NCBI GenBank assembly: GCA_028714635.1
Contig: JAQTLZ010000003.1
Span: 21,237 to 85,236 of the forward strand
Source of the DNA: Minisyncoccota bacterium
GTDB lineage: Bacteria; Patescibacteriota; Minisyncoccia; Phycocordibacterales; JAQTLZ01
Direction: 5' to 3'
Length of the DNA: 64,000 bases
A model generated the notes under the pieces. The model made no database searches, was not told where the DNA came from, and worked only from the letters and a program-made list of their open reading frames with translations. Numbering within the stretch: position 1 is the stretch's first letter; each line of letters starts with the position of its first letter. Position numbers and translations under genes: made by a program. Below are positions 17,444 to 26,947 of the stretch, one piece after another.

Positions 17444-19198
17444 GTGAACCGCTTTCTACACTACCTTCTTGAAAAGGAATGGAAAATTCCTCGGGAAGAA
17501 AAAATTTCAAACGCGATCAGAAACTTTTCTCTTTTTGAAAGAGTTCTTTTGTATTGTTTCGTCGCTGTTTTTATTATTTCAGGTCTAGCGCTCTTAAATC
17601 AGGTAAGCAACGGAGTTTCAGTCGAAATACCTACCTATGGCGGAACTTTGACAGAAGGAGTGGTCGGAGTTCCTCGTTTTATAAACCCGCTTCTTGCAAC
17701 GGGAGATACTGACCGAGACCTCGTTTCCCTTATATATTCAGGGCTTTTAAAGGGAACTCCGGACGGAACATTGGCCCCAGACCTGGCAGAAAGCTATTCA
17801 ATTTCTCCTGACGGGCTTGTGTACACCTTTACGCTCAAAAAAGATCTGACATTCCAAGATGGAAGCCCCGTAACTTCCGATGATGTGGTATTTACCATCC
17901 AAAAAGCGCAATCTTCAACGCTCAAGAGTCCGAAGCGGGCGAATTGGGACGGAGTAAAAGTAGAAAAAACAAATGACAACACGATCACGCTCACTTTAAA
18001 ACAAGCTTACGCTCCTTTCCTTGAAAATGCGACGCTTGGAATTCTCCCGAAACATATTTGGAAAGATACCACTGATGAAGCGTTTCCTTTTAATACCGAC
18101 ACCGTGAACCCGATCGGTTCCGGACCATACAAAATAGATTCGATAGAAAAAGACAAAACTGGCACGCCGATCTCGTATACTCTTTCTGCATTCGAAAAAT
18201 ACGCCGGCGGCGAAGCATATATTTCAAAAATTATTTTTACATTTTATCAGAACGAAGACGATCTTCTTTCCGCATACAAATCGAACGAAATTGAAAGCGT
18301 AAACACGATCTCCCCAGAAAAAGTTGGTGATTTAAAATCGCTCGCCGGTATTGTGGAAACAAATCCCCTGCCAAGAATTTTTGGGGTATTTTTCAATCAA
18401 AATGAGGCTCCGATTTTTGCTGAAAAAGAAGTGCGAATGGCCTTAAATATGGCTACAGATAAGGATAAAATCGTAAATGATGTCCTCTTAGGATTTGGAA
18501 AAACAATTGATGGACCGATACCCCCGGGAACCATTCAAAACGCAATTTCCACATCAACTCAAAACACGAACACAGGAGATGTGGACAAGGCAAATGCGCT
18601 CCTTGAAAGTGCCGGTTGGAAAATAAATCCGGACACTCACATACGCGAGAAACAAAATAAAAAAAATATGCAAGTTCTCAGTTTTTCTTTGGCAACATCA
18701 AATACTCCTGAATTAAAAAAGACTGCGGAGCTCTTGAAAGAAGAATGGGGAAAGATCGGAGCGCATGTAGATATAAAAGTGTATGAACCGGGAGACTTGA
18801 GCCAAGAGGTCATCCGTCCAAGAAAATATGACGCGCTTCTTTTCGGAGAAATTGTCGGGCGAGATCTCGACCTCTTCGCATTTTGGCATTCTTCGCAACG
18901 AAATGATCCGGGACTCAATATTGCTCTTTATACTAATGTGAAAGCAGACAAAATTTTGGAACAGCTCCGAACCCTCTCTGATGAAAACCAAAAAATAGAT
19001 CTGTACAAGCAATTTGAAGGAGAATTGGCGAAAGACACCCCGGCAATATTCCTCTATGCCCCTGATTTTATCTATATCATTCCACAAAAAGTGCGCGGGT
19101 TTTCTATGGGAGAAGTGACCACTCCTAGCGAGAGATTCCTCACGGTTTCGAAGTGGTATATCAACACAGACAAAGTCTGGAAAATCTTTGTGAAATAA
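17444..19198 (+). CDS. ABC transporter substrate-binding protein, family 5 (oligopeptide/nickel-binding type), membrane-anchored
   Basis: GTG start and an N-terminal TM helix. GGTLTEGVVGVPRFINPL...DLVSLIYSGLL...DGLVYTFTLKKDLTFQDGSPVTSDDVVFT is typical of SBP_bac_5. No cognate permease or ATPase genes are adjacent. Confidence 0.75.
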   Translation: MNRFLHYLLEKEWKIPREEKISNAIRNFSLFERVLLYCFVAVFIISGLALLNQVSNGVSVEIPTYGGTLTEGVVGVPRFINPLLATGDTDRDLVSLIYSGLLKGTPDGTLAPDLAESYSISPDGLVYTFTLKKDLTFQDGSPVTSDDVVFTIQKAQSSTLKSPKRANWDGVKVEKTNDNTITLTLKQAYAPFLENATLGILPKHIWKDTTDEAFPFNTDTVNPIGSGPYKIDSIEKDKTGTPISYTLSAFEKYAGGEAYISKIIFTFYQNEDDLLSAYKSNEIESVNTISPEKVGDLKSLAGIVETNPLPRIFGVFFNQNEAPIFAEKEVRMALNMATDKDKIVNDVLLGFGKTIDGPIPPGTIQNAISTSTQNTNTGDVDKANALLESAGWKINPDTHIREKQNKKNMQVLSFSLATSNTPELKKTAELLKEEWGKIGAHVDIKVYEPGDLSQEVIRPRKYDALLFGEIVGRDLDLFAFWHSSQRNDPGLNIALYTNVKADKILEQLRTLSDENQKIDLYKQFEGELAKDTPAIFLYAPDFIYIIPQKVRGFSMGEVTTPSERFLTVSKWYINTDKVWKIFVK

Positions 19199-19270
19199 GG
19201 CTTTTTTCACAAAGCACCCCCTTATTTTATTATTCATTATTATTTTTCTATTTATTAATTTATTTTATTT

Positions 19271-21199
19271 ATGACAGGAAAACCACTCTATCTTTCTGCC
19301 CTTGTCGATGACAAATCGGGAGAAACAAAAAATCCGCCGGAAATGAAAAAATCCGCGCCAGTTCAGCATGCTCAAAAAAACCGGCATACCCCGCAAGCAG
19401 GAGGATTCCGACAAGGAGGCCATGGCAAATCACGAGGAGCGCGCCACGGCGACCACAGACGCAGAATGCGGCCGTCCCAACCGCATATGGGTAAAGTTGC
19501 TGACGACAAAATTCCTCCGATTGGAGACGCGATTCGGGTGATTCCTCTCGGCGGAGTGGAAGAGATCGGCAAAAACATGATCGCAATTGAATATGGCGAT
19601 GATATTGTCGTCATTGATATGGGTTTCCAATTTAAGGACGAAAATACGCCTGGAATTGACTACATTTTGCCCAACACAAAGTATCTTGAAGAAAGGAAAG
19701 ACAAAGTGCGCGCAGTTATTATCACCCACGGACACCTCGACCACACCGGAGGAATTCCCTACCTTATGGAAAGAATTGGAAATCCCCCGCTCTATTCTCG
19801 CGCTTTAACGACAATCATGATCCGCAAGCGACTGGAAGAATTTCCCCATATTCCCAAGGTAGATATTCGCGTAGTTGAAAAAGAGGAGACAATCATGGCG
19901 GGAAAGCTCAAAATCCGCTTCTTTTCTGTGTCCCACACGATTCCTGACTCAATGGGAATCATTGTCGAAACACCGTACGGCGTCATCGTCGACCCGGGAG
20001 ATCCGAAACTTGACCATGTAGACGGCGTGCCAACAGAAGCAGAACAAAAAGAGTATTCAAAATTCGACAAAGAAAATGTGTTGATGCTCTTAAACGACTC
20101 GACCAACATCGAAAACCCAGGATTTTCTACTCCAGAAAGACTTGTGCACAAAAATCTCGAAGAAATTATCCGTTCGATCAAAGGACGCCTCATTATCGGT
20201 ACATTTGCGTCACAGCTCGAGCGAATCATGCACATTATTTTGTGCGCGGAGAGATTCGGCAAAAAAGTGGTGATTGAGGGACGAAGTATGAAAGGAAATG
20301 TTGAAGTAGCAAGGGCTTCAGGAATGCTCACCGTAAAACCAGAGACAATTATTCCTGTTGAAGAGATCGAAAACTACCCAGCAGATAGAATTGTCGTGCT
20401 TTCTACCGGTGCGCAAGGAGAAGAATTTGCCGCTCTTATGAGAATTTCTACAAAATCTCACAGACATTTGAAACTTCGAAAAGGTGATACAGTTCTGCTT
20501 TCTTCCTCGATTATTCCTGGAAACGAAAGAACAGTTCAGAAACTCAAGGACAATTTGACCCGACAAGGAGCAAAAATAATCCACTATCGAACCTCTGACG
20601 TCTATATTCACTCGACAGGACACGGAAACCGAGGCGAGCTCGAGTGGATGTTCAAGCATATTCATCCAAAATTCTTTATGCCGGTTCACGGACATCACTA
20701 CATGCTTCACTTGCACGCAGAGATGATCGAAAATCTCGGAATGCCGAAAGAAAATATTATTGTTCCAGATAATGGGACTATCGCCGAAATCCGGGACAAA
20801 GGCACAAAACTTGTCCGTTTGAAAGAAAAAGCGCCTTCAGGACTTGTGCTTGTCGACGGTTTCGCTATCGGAGACGTGCAGGAAGTAGTGCTACGAGACC
20901 GGCAGATGCTCGCGGAAGACGGAATGTTCGTCATCATTGCGACTGTTGATTCTCGAACGGGAAAACTGAAGAAATCTCCGGATATTATTTCCCGAGGATT
21001 CGTTTACTTGCGAGAATCGCAAGAACTCCTTCGCCTCGCCCGCATTATCATCAAAAAAACCGTGGAAGATTCTTCAAAAGGAATGAACCCAATCAATTTT
21101 GACTTCGTAAAGCAAAACGTGACCGAAGAAGTGGGGAAATTCCTCTTTCAAAAGACAGCAAAACATCCAATTGTTATCCCGGTACTACTCGGAGTATAA
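19271..21199 (+). CDS. rnj: Ribonuclease J (beta-CASP metallo-beta-lactamase RNase)
   Basis: IRVIPLGGVEEIGKNMIAIEYGDDIVVIDMG, HGHLDHTGGIPYL and a beta-CASP C-terminal half. It has a ~80-aa Arg/Gly-rich N-terminal extension, and the true start might be an internal Met. Confidence 0.85.
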   Translation: MTGKPLYLSALVDDKSGETKNPPEMKKSAPVQHAQKNRHTPQAGGFRQGGHGKSRGARHGDHRRRMRPSQPHMGKVADDKIPPIGDAIRVIPLGGVEEIGKNMIAIEYGDDIVVIDMGFQFKDENTPGIDYILPNTKYLEERKDKVRAVIITHGHLDHTGGIPYLMERIGNPPLYSRALTTIMIRKRLEEFPHIPKVDIRVVEKEETIMAGKLKIRFFSVSHTIPDSMGIIVETPYGVIVDPGDPKLDHVDGVPTEAEQKEYSKFDKENVLMLLNDSTNIENPGFSTPERLVHKNLEEIIRSIKGRLIIGTFASQLERIMHIILCAERFGKKVVIEGRSMKGNVEVARASGMLTVKPETIIPVEEIENYPADRIVVLSTGAQGEEFAALMRISTKSHRHLKLRKGDTVLLSSSIIPGNERTVQKLKDNLTRQGAKIIHYRTSDVYIHSTGHGNRGELEWMFKHIHPKFFMPVHGHHYMLHLHAEMIENLGMPKENIIVPDNGTIAEIRDKGTKLVRLKEKAPSGLVLVDGFAIGDVQEVVLRDRQMLAEDGMFVIIATVDSRTGKLKKSPDIISRGFVYLRESQELLRLARIIIKKTVEDSSKGMNPINFDFVKQNVTEEVGKFLFQKTAKHPIVIPVLLGV

Positions 21200-21236
21200 T
21201 TGAAACGAGTAGAAATTTATTATTTATTTAAAAACC

Positions 21237-21779
21237 ATGGATACAAACACAAGTGGGAATGTGCCACAAGCAAGTGCGCCCAAGTCTAGAAAGAATCTTA
21301 TTATCATTATTCTCGTCTTACTTGTTGTTCTCTTCTTGGGAGGCAAAGTGCTTGGATTTCTGGGAAGAAATGCCGCAAAGCAGGCGATAGAACAAGCAAC
21401 GGACGGAAATATAAGCGGAGATGGTACTTCTGGAACAATCACAACAAAAGATGGCAGCGTATCGTACGGAACTAATTCCCTGCCGACAGATTGGCCGACT
21501 GATGTGCCTGTCTATACAAACGGAACTATCCAATACAGCGCTTCTTCAAATCAAAGCGGTCAAACAGGAAAAGCTGTCGTAATTCTTTCTCCTGATTCTG
21601 TCGCAACGGTAAAAAGCTATTACACAAGCGCACTTCCTCAAAATGGATGGACAATTAAGGGCACTCAAGAAGCTAACGGAGCGACGGTTATCGTGGCAGA
21701 GAAAAGCGGACGAAATCTTTCTCTCTCGATAGTTGGCTCTTCAGAAGGAACACAAATTACTCTTGGAACAGATAAATAG
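21237..21779 (+). CDS. Hypothetical membrane-anchored, Ser/Thr/Gly-rich secreted protein
   Basis: N-terminal TM (LIIIILVLLVVLFLGG). No recognisable catalytic motif. Confidence 0.5.
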   Translation: MDTNTSGNVPQASAPKSRKNLIIIILVLLVVLFLGGKVLGFLGRNAAKQAIEQATDGNISGDGTSGTITTKDGSVSYGTNSLPTDWPTDVPVYTNGTIQYSASSNQSGQTGKAVVILSPDSVATVKSYYTSALPQNGWTIKGTQEANGATVIVAEKSGRNLSLSIVGSSEGTQITLGTDK

Positions 21780-21784
21780 TGCTC

Positions 21785-21940
21785 GGAACATCCTTACAAA
21801 GACAGCAGAAAAAAGCCCCAGCGGGCTTTTTTCCTTATCCTCGACGGTTTCCACTGTGGTATAGTTTTGCCCCAAAGGCAAAATTACACCACATCGGACC
21901 AAGCAAACTCCCCTGCGGACTGTCTTTGTAAGGATGTTCC
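21785..21940. repeat. Perfect 21-bp inverted repeat (GGAACATCCTTACAAAGACAG / CTGTCTTTGTAAGGATGTTCC) enclosing 114 bp that holds a terminator hairpin and a second imperfect hairpin
   Basis: Arms at 21785..21805 and 21920..21940, read directly from the sequence. Confidence 0.8.
21813..21832 (+). terminator. Intrinsic terminator for 21237..21779
   Basis: AAGCCC-CAGC-GGGCTT hairpin followed by TTTTTT. Confidence 0.65.
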
Positions 21941-21970
21941 TCGTTTACACCTAGCGTGGGGACAACATTT

Positions 21971-21999
21971 TTGAGACCGAAGAGTATTGGCAGTATAAT
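21971..21999 (+). promoter_or_regulatory. Sigma70-like promoter TTGAGA-17 nt-TATAAT, 7 nt upstream of ATG 22007 (leaderless MFS mRNA)
   Basis: -35 at 21971..21976 and a perfect -10 at 21994..21999. Confidence 0.55.
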
Positions 22000-22006
22000 A
22001 AAGCGC

Positions 22007-23179
22007 ATGAGACACGTAATAGCCCACCTGAAAAAGGAGAAATATTTTAGCTATATATACCTCTGTGCTTTTCTCCTCTCTCTCCACTACGCTTTTGTTT
22101 TATATATAAACTCAAGTTTTCTCGAACAGTTTCTTTCAACTCAAACGATAGCATTTCTTTTCATTGGAAGTGCTCTCATTAACATCACCATCCTTCTCAA
22201 TATCACGACACTCCTCCGTCGATTCGGGAATTGGAGACTTATGCTTTCATTCCTCGTGCTTGAGATGATAGGAATGCTTGGGATGTCCCTCTCTACAAAT
22301 GGAGCGAGCGCAAGCATCTCATTCCTCGTCTTTGGAAGCATGGCATCCATCCTCCTTTTTAATTTGGATATTTTTCTCGAGACAGAAATCAAAACAGAGA
22401 CACATACGGGCGGAATTAGGGGAATTTTCCTCACTATGTGCAATCTGGCCTTCGTCCTTTCCCCGTTCGTGGTCGGCCATCTGATCGGAGAAAATAATTA
22501 CACGAGCGTTTATACGCTTTCATTTATCTTTCTTTTGCTTCTCCTTCCTATCATCATGTCGAAATTTAAAGGATTTAAGGACCCCGACTACTCTCCCATG
22601 CACGTAGGAAACGCTCTCTCGCATTTCAAAGGAAACGGCAATCTATTCCATATTTATGTGACGAATTTTCTCCTGCATTTTTTCTATGCAGTCATGATTA
22701 TATACACACCGATCTATCTGCATCAATATATCGGTTTTTCATGGGGAACGATCGGAGAGATGTTTAGTATCATGCTTATTCCGTTCATTCTTTTCCAAAT
22801 TCCCGGGGGAGAAATTTCAGATCATTTCGGCGAAAAAGGCATCCTCATCGTGGGGCTCATTGTTATGGCTATCTCAACCCTTTTCCTCTCTTTTATCGGT
22901 CAAAACGTGGTAGCGTGGACGATACTTCTGTTTTTCACCAGATGCGGAGCATCGCTCGTAGAAATTATGACTGAAACATATTTTTTCAAGCACGTAAAAG
23001 GAAAAAACTCCAATGTCATCGGCTTTTTCAGGACAGCAAGTCCCCTCTCTTTCGTTATTACTCCGATCGTGGCGACGCTCTTTTTGCTTCTTTTTCCAAT
23101 GCAATACCTCTACCTTCTTGTAGGCGTTATGCTCCTTCTCGGAATTCAGTTCGCTTACAGTATAAAAGATACTATCTAG
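22007..23179 (+). CDS. MFS transporter (12 TM)
   Basis: Hydrophobic 12-helix protein with an MFS-like loop after TM2 (RRFGNWR). I chose the start at MRHVIAHL because the promoter lies inside the longer track ORF (21956..). Confidence 0.7.
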   Translation: MRHVIAHLKKEKYFSYIYLCAFLLSLHYAFVLYINSSFLEQFLSTQTIAFLFIGSALINITILLNITTLLRRFGNWRLMLSFLVLEMIGMLGMSLSTNGASASISFLVFGSMASILLFNLDIFLETEIKTETHTGGIRGIFLTMCNLAFVLSPFVVGHLIGENNYTSVYTLSFIFLLLLLPIIMSKFKGFKDPDYSPMHVGNALSHFKGNGNLFHIYVTNFLLHFFYAVMIIYTPIYLHQYIGFSWGTIGEMFSIMLIPFILFQIPGGEISDHFGEKGILIVGLIVMAISTLFLSFIGQNVVAWTILLFFTRCGASLVEIMTETYFFKHVKGKNSNVIGFFRTASPLSFVITPIVATLFLLLFPMQYLYLLVGVMLLLGIQFAYSIKDTI

Positions 23180-23183
23180 AAAT

Positions 23184-24140
23184 TTATATTGCAGCTTTTT
23201 GTCTGCAAGCGTTCGAAGTCCTGACTCCCTCGTTATAGGTTGCGGCATCAGCTTGTCTTGTGTCGATAAGAGCGTCGTACTTCGTAACGAGAGCGTTGTA
23301 TTCGACTACTTTTTTGTTGTATGTTGAATCGTCAGATGCAGCATCTATTTCCGCCTTTTTTGCTTTAAGCATTTTTTCCAAGCTGGCAATCTGCGCATCC
23401 AGAGATTTAATTTCCGCTTTCAGGGTAATGGAAGGCTCTGGACAAGCCGAAGAGGGCAAACCAAAACTCTGCACCGCTATCCACGTTTCCTGCCCCTCAT
23501 AGAGGCCTTTCCCGACAGCTACCCCAATTTCTTTGTATTTTGGCTGCAAAATATTCTCTTTGTGTCCGGGAGATGCCATCCATGCGGCAATAAGCGTCGC
23601 GTCATCCTTAAAATTTCCAAGCGCGAGATTCTCTCCTACAATGATGTAATCGTAGCCGACACTTTTCGCCAGATCTCCCGGTCCTACTCCGGACGGAGAG
23701 ACGTGTTCAAAATATTGTTTTGCAAACATATCCTGCATTTTTTTCTGAGCATCGGCATCAAGAAGAGCGTTTTCTTTGAGTAAAGATAAGGAAACTTTCG
23801 CTCTTTCAGCATTGGTAAGGGAGATAACTCCGCTTCGCGTAAGATTTCCAGTCTCCTTGCTTGATGCGACCCGAAGCGGAGAAGGAGCAAAAATTTTCTC
23901 GGAGAGGTTTTGGAGCGCAGGAATAATACTAAGCGGAGAAGCGGATTTTGAAGCGCTTGGATTTTCTGTTTTCTTGTTTTCTGTCTGGCCTAAAAATGAC
24001 AGAACTTTTTCGGGAACAAGCGCGCGGACGTTATCTACTGCCTTATTAAGGCGCGCCCAGGAAAGCGGAATGCGGAGAAAATATGCAAGGATGAGAATAA
24101 GGAGAACAATCGAGAGAAGGAATTTTATAAATTTCCACAT
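23184..24140 (-). CDS. CAP/SCP (PR-1-like, YkwD-type) domain secreted protein with an N-terminal TM anchor and a C-terminal coiled coil
   Basis: GENLALGNF...WMASPGHKENIL...YKEIGVAV matches the bacterial CAP-domain signature. It is convergent with the MFS gene with only 4 bp between the stops. Confidence 0.7.
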   Translation of the reverse strand: MWKFIKFLLSIVLLILILAYFLRIPLSWARLNKAVDNVRALVPEKVLSFLGQTENKKTENPSASKSASPLSIIPALQNLSEKIFAPSPLRVASSKETGNLTRSGVISLTNAERAKVSLSLLKENALLDADAQKKMQDMFAKQYFEHVSPSGVGPGDLAKSVGYDYIIVGENLALGNFKDDATLIAAWMASPGHKENILQPKYKEIGVAVGKGLYEGQETWIAVQSFGLPSSACPEPSITLKAEIKSLDAQIASLEKMLKAKKAEIDAASDDSTYNKKVVEYNALVTKYDALIDTRQADAATYNEGVRTSNACRQKAAI

Positions 24141-24193
24141 GACATTTTATTGGACATATTATATTCCAATATAATACAAAGAGAAAGGGAAAC

Positions 24194-24883
24194 TTATGAG
24201 TGTATTCGAGTGCCTTTAAACGGTTCTCCTTTCAAATATGCGTCGAGATTGATGAGATTATTGCCGTTCATAACCACAACTTCCAAGCCAAAATTTTCAG
24301 CTTCTTTTGCGGCGATAGGGTCAAACGGAGAGCTCATTCCCGGCTCCCACTTTTCCGGAATAATCTTTCGAAATTCCGCCCAAGAAATATCTTCGATTAT
24401 TTTTGCGTTGGGATTTTTTCTCGGATCTTTATCGTACACATAGTTGATATTCGAAAGATTAACAAGCTTATTTGCTCCGATATTTTTAGCGATAAGGACC
24501 GCATCTTCATCGGTACTGCAACCAGGTTCGTATCCCGCTCCTATAAGCACCGCTTCTTTGAAATCAACGGGAGTGCTTGGGTTATCTACAACATGCGGAT
24601 GCGAAAGGGGTGCGAATATGGCACGCAAAAGTTCAGCATTCAGTTTGGTCGCTCCAATTCCAACCCAGTCCGCGTCAGAAGCGCTTACTTCCGGAGAAAT
24701 TGCTCGCGCTGCTTCTTGATAATTTCGAGCAGTTTTTCCTCCTCCAGCAATAACAGCAAAACGAGTGCCGTTTTGAGTATGTCGAACAATAAGTTCCTTG
24801 AATTTCTTTATAAAATCCACATCGATCTGATGCGGGACAAGAATCGAACCGCCGACAGAGATAATAATTGGGCTTTTATCCAT
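24194..24883 (-). CDS. pyrH: Amino-acid-kinase-fold UMP kinase (archaeal-type PyrH)
   Basis: IIISVGGSILVP...FAVIAGGGKTARNY, the GGG-x-x-RxY motif of uridylate kinases; about 229 aa. Confidence 0.55.
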   Translation of the reverse strand: MDKSPIIISVGGSILVPHQIDVDFIKKFKELIVRHTQNGTRFAVIAGGGKTARNYQEAARAISPEVSASDADWVGIGATKLNAELLRAIFAPLSHPHVVDNPSTPVDFKEAVLIGAGYEPGCSTDEDAVLIAKNIGANKLVNLSNINYVYDKDPRKNPNAKIIEDISWAEFRKIIPEKWEPGMSSPFDPIAAKEAENFGLEVVVMNGNNLINLDAYLKGEPFKGTRIHS

Positions 24884-24916
24884 GGCTCATATAGTAGCAA
24901 AAGAAAATCTTTGAAG

Positions 24917-25483
24917 CTAGTTTCTGCCTCTCAAAGCCTCTCCGTCTCGGATGACAATGATTTTCTCTCCTTCGAAACGGATTACCGCCGAAGGTCTCCC
25001 GTTCAGAACTCCCCCGTCTTCGTAAAAATCAGCTTTTTCGCCAAAATATTTTTTTGCTTCATCGATCGTCCTAGCCGGAAGAAAGTCCTGCGGATTCGCG
25101 CTTGGAGCAACCAGAGGACCCGTTTTTTTCAAAATTTTTAGTAAGTTTCCGTCTTGAGGTAACCGAAAAGCCAGTGACTTTCCTCCGCGATGAAGATACG
25201 CGAATTTTTCATCAGCCACACCGAAAATAATGCTTACTTTTCCAGGCCAGAATCCGAGAATTTGTTCTCGCAGCTTTTCTGAAAGAACCACGCCGAACTT
25301 TTCCACGTCATCAATCGAGGAAATAAGTATAATGCACGGCTTATCTTTGTCTCTTTGCCGCAATTCATAGATCCTCTCGACGGCTTTCGCAGATATGGCG
25401 GAGCCGACAAGCCCATAAAGAGTATCGGTCGGAATTATTCCAACGCCGTCATTTTTAAGAATAGAAATATAATCCTCCTTCAT
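24917..25483 (-). CDS. tsaC: L-threonylcarbamoyladenylate synthase (TsaC/YrdC/Sua5 family)
   Basis: GIIPTDTLYGLVGSA hallmark motif and a YrdC-fold length of 188 aa. Confidence 0.75.
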   Translation of the reverse strand: MKEDYISILKNDGVGIIPTDTLYGLVGSAISAKAVERIYELRQRDKDKPCIILISSIDDVEKFGVVLSEKLREQILGFWPGKVSIIFGVADEKFAYLHRGGKSLAFRLPQDGNLLKILKKTGPLVAPSANPQDFLPARTIDEAKKYFGEKADFYEDGGVLNGRPSAVIRFEGEKIIVIRDGEALRGRN

Positions 25484-26121
25484 ACGTCAAGATGAGCATG
25501 ATCATTCCAGACAAGAAGTTTCCAGCCTTTTGTTTTCAAATCCTTTTTTCCCGGATCATACTCGACAACCGTGATCCCAGTATTTTTTGTTGCGAAAAAA
25601 GCTCCGAATTTAGAGAAAGTGGGCAAAGTCAATTCTTCATCTAAAAGAGCGAGAGCCACGCACATCCGAAGAAGCCGGGCGTGTGTCACGACAAGAAGAT
25701 GCTCTGCTTTCGTATTTTTGAAGAGATCAATCGCTTTGCGGGCGCGGGATTTCAGATCAGAAAAACTTTCCTCATCCGAATAATGCCAGTCTTCATTCAA
25801 ATTTCCTTTGACTTGGCTCCAAATTTTTTGATAAGACTCGTCTTCGAGCGATTTTCCAATAAGTTCCGATGGGACTTTCCATTCAGTGATAAGGTCTGAA
25901 TATTCGATCTCTTTCCCAATCACTTTCGCTATGATTTCGGCCGTTTCTTTTGTGCGAACATAGGTGCTCGAAAAAATCCTATCAATCGGAATTTTCTTGA
26001 GACGTTTCCCCACAGATTGAGCTTGTTTCTTGCCAGTTTCTGTAAGAGGATCGTTGGGGCCTTGGCACAGCCGCGCTTTATCAGCAACATCCTCGCCATG
26101 GCGCACAAAATATATCTTCAT
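25480..26121 (-). CDS. Histidine phosphatase family protein (phosphoglycerate-mutase-like)
   Basis: MKIYFVRHGE... with the catalytic RHG motif, plus a downstream HARLLRM-like region. Confidence 0.7.
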   Translation of the reverse strand: MKIYFVRHGEDVADKARLCQGPNDPLTETGKKQAQSVGKRLKKIPIDRIFSSTYVRTKETAEIIAKVIGKEIEYSDLITEWKVPSELIGKSLEDESYQKIWSQVKGNLNEDWHYSDEESFSDLKSRARKAIDLFKNTKAEHLLVVTHARLLRMCVALALLDEELTLPTFSKFGAFFATKNTGITVVEYDPGKKDLKTKGWKLLVWNDHAHLDV

Positions 26122-26945
26122 TTCGAAATTGTAAGCTTTTGGCGAAGATACGCAAGTGATCCGATAAGACCCCCCGAATCGGCAAGCTCCGCTTTTTTTA
26201 TAGCCGGTACAGATGGAAAAGCTTTGAGGAGCTCTCCGACATGTTTCGCGACATTCTCCACCGATATGCCCACTTTCTTTACCACCATGCTCCCTCCGAT
26301 AACAACGACATCTGGTGACCAGAAGAGAAGTGCATTATGAACACCGACAGCCGCGATTTTTTCAACACCCTCCCACACTTTAGGATCTGTAATCTCGCCT
26401 GGATGCTTGCCATATTTTTCCTGTACGGCCACGCCGTCGATCAGCTCTCCAAGAGATTTATTATTCACGTAATCAATAATTTGATAGCCAGGTTCAAAAT
26501 TAAAATGAGCCTTGTCAATCTTTCCTTCAACAATCCGGCACCCCCCAACACCAGTCGATACGGTTATGTAGGTTACAATAGGAAATCCTCTCCCCGCCCC
26601 CTCCGTCGCTTCACCAAGACCAACCATAGCGGTATCATTTTCAATAAAAACAAAAGATTTTGTGATATCGGCGATAGTCTCATGGAGGGGCTTGCTAACC
26701 CAACCTTGGAGATGCTTGCAGACCATGAGTCGTTCATGCCTTTCATCGAAAGTTCCAGGCATGCCGCCAGCCACAGCTAAGATTTTTTCTCCCTGAGAGA
26801 TTTTTTCTACCGCACCGCGAAACAAATCTCCCATTTTAGAAAAATCCTGCGGAGTATCTACGACAACAGGTTCGAGAAGTGTTTTGCCGTCCTTCGAACC
26901 AGCAATGCGCATTTTTGTTCCCCCAATATCAAATACAATATACAT
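26118..26945 (-). CDS. ROK-family sugar kinase (glucokinase-like; no HTH domain)
   Basis: MYIVFDIGGTKMRIA..., ASKHA fold, 275 aa, no N-terminal DNA-binding domain. Confidence 0.6.
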   Translation of the reverse strand: MYIVFDIGGTKMRIAGSKDGKTLLEPVVVDTPQDFSKMGDLFRGAVEKISQGEKILAVAGGMPGTFDERHERLMVCKHLQGWVSKPLHETIADITKSFVFIENDTAMVGLGEATEGAGRGFPIVTYITVSTGVGGCRIVEGKIDKAHFNFEPGYQIIDYVNNKSLGELIDGVAVQEKYGKHPGEITDPKVWEGVEKIAAVGVHNALLFWSPDVVVIGGSMVVKKVGISVENVAKHVGELLKAFPSVPAIKKAELADSGGLIGSLAYLRQKLTISK

Positions 26946-26947
26946 AT

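Noticed and set aside
19792-20716. Minus-strand ORFs (179 aa, 132 aa) inside the RNase J gene
   Set aside because: They are antisense to a gene with strong conserved motifs and have no features of their own.
21956-22006. Upstream ATG 21956 as the MFS start
   Set aside because: A consensus TTGAGA-17-TATAAT promoter lies within that extension, 7 nt upstream of ATG 22007.
24200-25141. 313-aa plus-strand ORF spanning the pyrH and tsaC genes
   Set aside because: It is antisense to two genes with clear family motifs and has no motifs of its own.
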